Source: Folioceros fuciformis
Lineage: Eukaryota
DNA: 38,965 bases
Assembly: GCA_049999805.1 (NCBI GenBank)
Contig: JBNGIO010004078.1
Location: 1 to 38,965 of the forward strand
Reading direction: 5' to 3'
Shown: in pieces, positions 31,379-38,965 of the stretch
How positions within the stretch are numbered: position 1 is the first letter of the stretch
Layout: each line of letters begins with the position of its first letter
Translations under genes and position numbers: made by a program
The notes under the pieces: generated by a model
Told to the model about the DNA's origin: nothing
What the model saw: only the letters and a program-made list of their open reading frames with translations
Database searches by the model: none

Positions 31379-31390
31379 TGGTATTAGAGC
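31379..31390 (+). promoter_or_regulatory. Primer-binding site for tRNA-iMet
   Basis: TGGTATTAGAGC is one mismatch from the canonical TGGTATCAGAGC and lies upstream of gag. Confidence 0.8.
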
Positions 31391-32500
31391 ATGGAGCCTA
31401 TCACGTCTCCTAATCCTTGCGCATTCTGCCATAGCAAAGATTGCATCAGAAATCTCTCTCATGAGAATTTTCGTAGCCTCATTGCTGCCCACAAACTTGC
31501 GCTTGTTAGATTTGGAGACATGGCAGAACATTTCTTGGCTGATGCCGTTTTTCACTACTACGCACGTTAGGCGTCATGCCGAGAGGTAGAGGAAGGAAGT
31601 CGAACCCGCCTGTTGATCCATTTGCTGGGTATCCTGGTCAGACTGTAGAACAACAGAGTAGAAACCTCAATCGCTTCTTCTCCAAGGTCATAGCACCTGT
31701 TTGCATCCACGGCCAGAGCACTAGGCATGCGCAGCTAGCAATCAGACCTGTTCCCAATCACAGCCAGAACACCAGGTATGCTGCTGCGCAGCAAGCAATC
31801 AAACCTGTCCCTCTAAGGCACCTTAGAAGGCAAGTTAGTGAGATCATCAGCCAGGCACAGCGCATCTCGATCGCTAGCTACCGCGCACTCTTAGAGAGTC
31901 AGTTAGCAACCTGCAGCCAGTGCACAAATGCTAGCAATTCCTCCCACGCAACCAGCGATTAGACCCTTGCACAGGTTTGCGATCTCATAAACGCACAAAA
32001 TTGCAAAACACAAGCAAGGATTGCGGACTTCATCGATAGGCAGACCACTTCGAACATCAGCATCGTGGCTCTCACGAGACAAGTGGAGGTGCTTGCGCAC
32101 GGCGTCGCCGCATTGCATACAGCCATGGAAAAATCTCTTGACCCAAGATCAGGCAATCCCTGGGCCAGAAAGGCGTGCTAGGTGCGGCTGATGTCAAACA
32201 GCGGACGGGGAGGAAGAAACCCTCATCCCCGTGGCCGCCACCTCATAAACGCATCGGCCTCCGCGTTGGTTCAATCCTTTGGAAAATCCAAACCTTGCTG
32301 TCACACCTCCTGAAGATCTCGTGTCCGCACTTGATCCTGCATCACAACTTGAGCACGAAGCCCCTTCTGAGTCTATTTTAGATGCACAATTAGCTCAAGC
32401 AGCTGCAGCAGCCCAGGCTTCACGGTCAGCACGTTTTGCTCAATCTACCCTTGCTTCTCAAATCCTACAAGCCGTCTTAACATCCCAAGTAGTTCACTCC

Positions 32501-35500
32501 ATGGCCAATCCAAACCCTATTGGCACAGTCAACAACACCACCATCAACAATTTGAAGATTGACTTCAAGGAGAGAGACAGATTCTCTGGATCCCAGTTTG
32601 ACGTGTGGGCCATGCGAGTCAAGACCATTCTTCGAGAGAATGGTTTGTGGGATGTTGTGACGGGTACCACCCCGAAGCTTGCAGCGACTACACCAGTAGC
32701 TGATCAGGAGGCGTGGGACATGAAGGACCTGCGTGCATTGGTAGTAATCTAGGCAGCCCTGGACGGGTCAATGATGCACTACACGCAGGACGTGGAAACC
32801 ACAAAAGCAACTTGGGATGCTCTCACTCAATCCTACTAGGTGGCGAATGAAGCAGCCAACCTGACGGCCACACGACAATTTTAAAATTGCAAGATGTGGG
32901 AATCTGACCCAATTGAGCAACATGTGAGCAGGTTCCGAACACTATGTTCAAAGCTCACATCAAGTGGAGCTCCCACAACGGAAATGCAATCAGCCCTGCT
33001 TCTTTCCCTGCCTGACAGCTACCGGACCTTCGTGAGCAACCACAGCATGAGGCTTCACCAGATAGCTCAGGCCACACCTGCAGGACAAGTACTAGCTGTG
33101 TCCCTTGCAAATCTAATCGAAGCTCTTCTTGAGGAAGAGTCCTCCAGACAAGCAAACTGAAGTGGACCCTCCCACAGAGGAGATGCCTCAAACAGAGTAC
33201 TCTACACAAACAAGGATACTTGACGGCCTCCACCTCGTCAAACCTGGCAAAGGGACAGCAACGGAAGTAAGAAGCCTGCAGCTAGCATGGGAACGAAGAA
33301 GAAAGGACTGTGCAATTGGTGTTTGATACCTGGACACTGGGAGGCAGACTATTGGAAGAAGAAGGCGGGTGAACCTCGTCGTGTAGCACCTCCAAAATCA
33401 AATGTGGCTCATCCCAAGGTGAACACATTAGCTAGTTGTCTACATGGTAGCAACTCCTCAATACAGGCATTCCTGGTACTTAGACTCTGGAGCTTCCTCA
33501 CATGTCTGTCATACTTTCAAAGCTTTTTCAGAGTATAGGAAGATGCCACGAGGTCAAGTCGTGTTGCTTGGAGATGACCGTGGACTCCCCATAGCTAGCA
33601 TAGGCAACGTCCCTGTACAACTCATGAATGGCACCACAATAGATCTTATTGATGTTTTACACGTCTCAGCAATGGTTAAGAACCTAGTGTCTGTACATTT
33701 GCTAGACACCCACCAGCACATGCTGCACATCATGTTTGCAGGAGAGGAGTGTAAGGTGCTAGACCCCTCATTAAAGGACAAGGTCGTCATTCGAGGCACA
33801 CCTGTCTATAACCTATACAAATTAGACATCATATACAATTTAGGTGTTCAAGCTGGAACACATATAGCTAATCTAAGTCACGAGAAGCTAGCTGAGAGAG
33901 AGACCCTGTTGTGGCACTACCGGCTTGGATATGCCAACTTTGACAAGCTGAAGTCTATGATAGCCAACAACACTCTCTACAGGGAAAAATTCATGATGAG
34001 GTTTGCGAACAAACAGTTCTGCGAAGCCTGCGTGTTTGGGAAGCAGCATCGCCAACCCTACACTGACAAGAACCCAACAAGGGCCACACAGCTGTTAGAG
34101 TTCGTGCATACTGACATTTATGGCCCCATGTCAACAACAACCTTTGGGGGAGCCAAATACATGCTGTTGTTCATAGATGATTGGAGTAGATACACAATGA
34201 TCTACCTAATCAAGCAGAATAGTGATGCTCTAGGGTGCTTCCAGGACTACGTTACCTTTGCTCAAAGGCAGATTGGTCAGCTTCTGAAGACATTGCGGAG
34301 TGACAATGGTGGGAAATTTTGCTCAAATGCCTTCAATGACTACTGCAGCAGTCTCGAGATTGCCAAGCAGCTGACCACACCCTACACTTCGGCACAAAAC
34401 CCAATTGCAGGGCTCAGCAAGAGGCATGTTCAAGTGTCCGCTAAATCAACAATGAAGGTGGCAGGCTTGTCCAGAGGGTAATAGGGAGAGGCTGCAGCAA
34501 CAGCAGTGTACCTTTGAAACCGCCTACCCACAAAGGCCTTCACAGGAGCTACACCTTTCGAGCGATGGACATCACACAAGCCTCGAATCTCACATCTTCG
34601 AATATTTGGTGCACCTACGTATGCGCACTTATCCAAAGACCAGAGGGTGAAGCTAGATTACAAGGCTCGTAAGTACGTCTTCGTGGGGTATACAAAAGGC
34701 ATAAAAGGGTACAAACTCTTTGACCCCATCACTCGCACTACAATCCACTGCCGTAGTGTTACCTTTCACGAGCAGCTTTTGCTAGCCCCACCTGAGCTTA
34801 TTCCAGTAGACACAACGTCCTCTAGCTACACAGCACCCAAACCACTAGATGAGTTCGAACAGGGCACCTTCCAGTCCCTTAGCTTGCCACCTGCACCTCC
34901 TGCTGTTGATCCAGAGGAGGAACCAAGCTCATTCTTGTCTAACGATGAGGAAGAAGCCCTAGAAGCTGAAGAACCTGAACTAGAAGAGCAGGAACTTGAA
35001 CAGGAGGTCCCTACACAAAGCCAACACCCACCTGAGCCTTCAGCTCCACAGCTTCGAAGGAGCACGAGGAGACACAGCTCCTCTCCATCTGAGTGGGTAA
35101 ATCCACCATTGACTGCTTCCTCTTTCTTGGTGCAAGAGGATGTTGATCCAGAAGAGTTGGGTCAGCCACTCTCCTACAAGGAAGCTATTAGATCGCCCAA
35201 AGCAGCAAAGTGGATTGAGGGCATCAATTCCAAGTACAAGTCCCTAGTAGACAATGGAACATGGAAGCTTGTGGACTTACCAGTAGGCAGAAAATCGGTC
35301 ACATGCAAATGGGTCTTCAAGAAGAAGCTAAACGCTGATGGAAGTGTCTCCCATTACAAAGCAAGACTGGTTGCTAGAGGGTATAGCCAAGTGGAAGGCT
35401 TGGACTACAGCGAAACATTCTCTCCATTGGTATGTTCCACATTCGTACGCTCCTTGTTTGCTATAGCAGCACAACATGATTATGCAATGGAGCATATGGA

Positions 35501-36263
35501 TGTGAAGACTGCTTTTCTCAATGGTACCTTGGAGGAGGCCATCTACATGCGCCAACCAGAGGGCTTCAAGGACCCTAAACACCCAAACAAAGTGTGTAAG
35601 CTCATCAAAACTAGATATGGGCTTAAGCAATCACCTCGGGCATGGTACAATAGAAAAGATACTTATCTAAGAAAGTCAGGATTCGTGCAAAGTGAGGCTG
35701 ATTCCAATGTGTACCTGCTGCGAGAGCAAGAGGGTGTAGTGTTTCTTGCCCTCTATGTGGATGATGCAATGTTGATTGCTAGCAGTCCCAAGCTTATGTC
35801 AAAGGTCAAGGAAATACTTACCTCAGAAATTTTCAATGACTGACCTAGGCAAGCTCACATGGTTCTTGGGCATTCAAATAGTCCAGGACGTGAATACACA
35901 CACTGTGGCAATCCATCAAGCACAATATATTAGTCACATTCTAGCTAGATTTAGAATGGTTGACTGCAAACCTGCACCAACACCAATGGCTACAAGGGAG
36001 AAACTTAGCTTAGAGCTATCTCCAAAAACAGAGGAAGAAAGGATGCAAATGGACAAAGTCCCATATAGATCAATTGTTTGCACTTTAATCTACTGTAGAA
36101 ATTGGACCCAGCCAGACTTGTCACATGCAGTGGGAGTTACTGCTAAATTCTTAACATGCTATGGAGCACCCCACTGGATAGCTGTGCAGCGGATTATGCG
36201 GTATCTAAAGGGTACCCCCAGACTTGGACTAATCTATAAGAAGAGGCCAGAAGCACCCACACT
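32501..36263 (+). pseudogene. Copia-1 gag-pol polyprotein with multiple stops and frameshifts
   Basis: Gag: FDVWAMRVKTILRENGLWDVV and LLLSLPDSY. Zinc knuckle: CNWCLIPGHWEADY. Protease: WYLDSGASSH. Integrase: LWHYRLG..CEAC, VHTDIYGP and LRSDNGG. RT: KARLVARGY, MDVKTAFLNG and LYVDD. Confidence 0.93.
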
Positions 36264-36554
36264 TGAAGGATCGCTAGAGGAGCATGGTGAAGGAGAGGAG
36301 AGGAGGAGGCAAGAAGGAGAGGAGAAAGAGAGGTCACACTCTCACAATAGAGTCTCAATAGCAAGGGAGCTCAAGGAGGTATTTATACCCTCTAGAAGAG
36401 CTCCCTAGGAAACTTCACAAGAAGCGCACATGAAGTTGCGCAAGAAGCTTCCTACATATTAGCTTAAGCTAATCTAAACTAATGATACTTAACTAAACAC
36501 TAATCTAAGACTAAACACATTAGTATAAGCACATTGGGCTTTATTAACCCTACA
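36264..36554 (-). repeat. 3' LTR of Copia-2 (about 291 bp)
   Basis: On minus it begins TGTAGG (36554) directly after the PPT and ends CCTTCA (36264). The termini are TG...CA with a 5/6 inverted repeat, and Copia-1 RT homology stops here. Confidence 0.8.
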
Positions 36555-36565
36555 ACCTCCCACTT
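36555..36565 (-). promoter_or_regulatory. Polypurine tract of Copia-2
   Basis: AAGTGGGAGGT on minus, immediately before the LTR's TG and about 30 bp after the pol stop at 36597. Confidence 0.75.
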
Positions 36566-38760
36566 AAAGGCCAATTTACCTTCATAGGAGAGTGGTCTAC
36601 CTCATGCCCATGAGTGTCCGAGCTTGTGCGAATTGCTCCGTAGAGAGTCCCTTGGTAAGAACATCTGCAGGGTTCTGACTAGTGTGAACTTTGACAAGTT
36701 GTACCCTCTTATCTTCCAACACCTCTCGAATGAAGTGATACTTCACTTCCACATGTTTGGGTTTTGCATGAAACACTGGATTCTTCGCATGAAACACTGG
36801 ATTCTTCGTCAACTGGATAGCACTCTGGCTATCACAATGCAACACTAGCAGCTCAACCTTGATCCCCAAATCTCCCACTAAACGAGCAAGCCACATGGCT
36901 TCCTTGCAAGCCTCAGTCGCTGCAACATACTCGGCCTCTATGGTAGATAGTGTTATGCACGATTGCAAACGAGATCGCCATGAGACTGCCCCTCCTGTGC
37001 ACATGAAGACATAACCTGATGTGGACCTTCATTTGTCCATATCCCCTGCATAATCAGCATCCGTATATCCCATGACAGATGCATCTTCACTACCAAAACA
37101 TAAGCACAAAGCTTTCGTACCATTCATGTACCTCGTAACTCCTTTCACTGCCTCCCAATGCTTCCTGCCAGGGTTTGACATTAACATGCTAACTACTCCC
37201 ACTGCAAAGGCAATGTCAAGACATGTAGAAATCATTGCATACATCAAACTCCCTACAGCTGATGAGTATGGAACCTTCTCCATTTCAGCTTTGTCCTCCG
37301 CAGAACTTGGGCAATCTTTGCTCGACAGTTTCACATATGAAGGCAACGGAGTACTCAATACCTTCCCCTTCTCCATATTGAAACGTTGAAGCACCTTGTT
37401 AATGTATTCAGTCTCAGACAAGTAAAGGAAACGCTTCTGTCTGTCTCGACGAATACACATGCCAAGAATATGGCTTGCCTCTCCCAAGTCTATCATGCTA
37501 AAGTGAGCATTCAGCTTTGACTTCAAAGCTGAAATTTCATCGCTGTTAGTCCTAGCAATTAGCATATCATCCACATAGAGGACCAGAATGAGCAAGCTTC
37601 CATCCTTAGCTTGCTTCGTATAGAGGCAATGATCCTCATCGCTACGTTTGTAGTCTTGAGAAAGCATAAATGAGTGGAACTTGAAATACCACTCCCTAGG
37701 TGCCTGCTTCAAACCATAAAGGCTCTTCTTTAACCTGCACACCAAACTCTCTTTGCCCTTCTCAATGAAACCCTCTGGTTGCTGCATGTATACCTCTTCT
37801 TGGAGATCACCATGCAGAAATGCTGACTTCACATCCATCTGGATAAGTTCCATGTCGTGCCTCGCAACCAGACCAAGAACACATCGCAATGTGGTCATTT
37901 TCACAACTAGTCAGAAAGTCTCATCAAAGTCAATACCTTGCTGTTGCTTAAAACCCTTAGCAACCAATCGTGCCTTGTACTTGGGTTTGCCATAATGGGG
38001 TATGTCCTTCATCTTATACACCCATTTGCATGGCAACGCCTTCTTGCCCCAGGCAACCGAACCAACTCCCAAGTTTGGTTCTTATGGAGTGAATCCATCT
38101 GCGATTACATCGCCTTCTCCCACTTGTCCTTGTCAGTCACTGACATGGCCTCTTGGTAACAAGAGGGTTCCCCACAATCCGTCAGCATGACATAATCAAG
38201 AGATGCAACATACCTGTCAGGAGGACGTGAAATCCTTCTTGACCTACGAAGCACTGGCGCCTCGATCGGAGCTGGTTGCAGTCTCTCCTCTTTTACAAGG
38301 GGAGGAACTTGTTCCTGCACATCACGATGTTCAACCTACGCAGGACGGTCAAATCCATCTTCTTGAAAAACCACCCGTCGCACCTCCATAGTTGGAGTAG
38401 GCTTCTTGTGCATCTTGGTCTCATTGAAGAACACGTCATTGCTGCGAACCATCCTCTTGGCCTCCGGATCCCATAGACGGTATCCCATCTCACCAGATTC
38501 ACCATAGCCAAGAAAAATACATTTTCTTGACTTAGGAGCCAATTTGTCCCGAAACTCCTTTGGAACATGATAGTATGCCTTGCAGCCAAACACTCGTAGA
38601 TGCTTGTATGACGGCTTCTTTCCAGACCACATCTCCTCTGGAACCTGCTCATCCACAGCCCTATTAGGAGATCTGTTAATAAGATGCATCGCAGTAACCA
38701 CTGTTTTTGCCCAAAATCCGTTAGGCAATCCAGAGTTTGACAACAAACTACGCATCCTCT

Positions 38761-38965
38761 TGTGGAGGCAAAACCCCGGGCACTGATTGCCGACGGGTCC
38801 CACCTTTAGTGGCCACACTTATCCCACTGTCGTTGAGACATTGGGTTTCGTTCCCACGAAGGAGCGATGGGGTTCCTTGCTGCTGTGGATGGAGGGTCGG
38901 ACTTGATCGACTCGATGACGGATTCGAGGGCTCCCCTCCAGCTCCGATCAGGCGTAGGACAGGCC
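38761..38965. mobile_element. Probable LTR of a third retroelement inserted into the Copia-2 integrase; runs off the window
   Basis: Copia-2 integrase homology (..RMRSLLSNSGL) stops exactly at 38760, and the unrelated sequence that follows starts TGTGGAGG. Confidence 0.55.

Larger units (their letters stand above)
31123..36263 (+). mobile_element. Ty1/Copia LTR retrotransposon 1 (degenerate), interrupted just before RNase H by Copia-2
   Basis: LTR-like AT-rich segment and PBS, then gag, zinc knuckle, protease, integrase and RT in Copia order. Confidence 0.9.
36264..38760 (-). mobile_element. Ty1/Copia LTR retrotransposon 2 (3' half: integrase C-terminus, RT, RNase H, PPT, 3' LTR), inserted antisense into Copia-1
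   Basis: Minus-strand ORFs give FWAKTVVTAMHLINRSP and HLRVFGC (integrase), MDVKSAFLHG and LYVDDML (RT), and YTDADYAGD, EAEYVA, CDSQSAI and NPADVLTK (RNase H). Stops and frameshifts are present. Confidence 0.93.

Noticed and set aside
36264-36408. Copia-1 RT ORF extension EGSLEEHGEGEERRRQ...
   Set aside because: Read-through into the antisense Copia-2 LTR, not a real domain.

Overview
Plant nuclear scaffold with a 100-N gap at 18389-18488. The WW-type PG boxes, short introns and dense gene packing suggest a seed-free land plant, probably a hornwort (inference). Left to right it holds: a 4-exon UBTD1/2-like gene; an F-box-like relic; four intronless PLS-class PPR RNA-editing-factor paralogues (three head-to-tail on minus, one divergent on plus); a frameshifted, intronless OEX1-like 5'-3' exonuclease copy; a fifth decayed PPR copy after the gap; a 12-exon At1g64430-like gene; a DUF740/OCTOPUS-like gene; and a transposon nest (PIF/Harbinger, interrupted by Copia-1, interrupted by Copia-2, interrupted by a third LTR). 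The main finding is the PPR cluster. Its ancestor appears to have been targeting peptide + OSB-type PDF ssDNA-binding motif + PLS array + E1/E2 + DYW:WW. One copy (9782-13921) keeps an intact PDF motif, and two others carry frameshifted relics of it. All four have lost the deaminase active site in different ways while keeping long open PPR arrays and the PG box, and the decayed DYW sequence now forms the short spacers between genes. Family assignments rest on motifs recognised by eye; no database searches were run.
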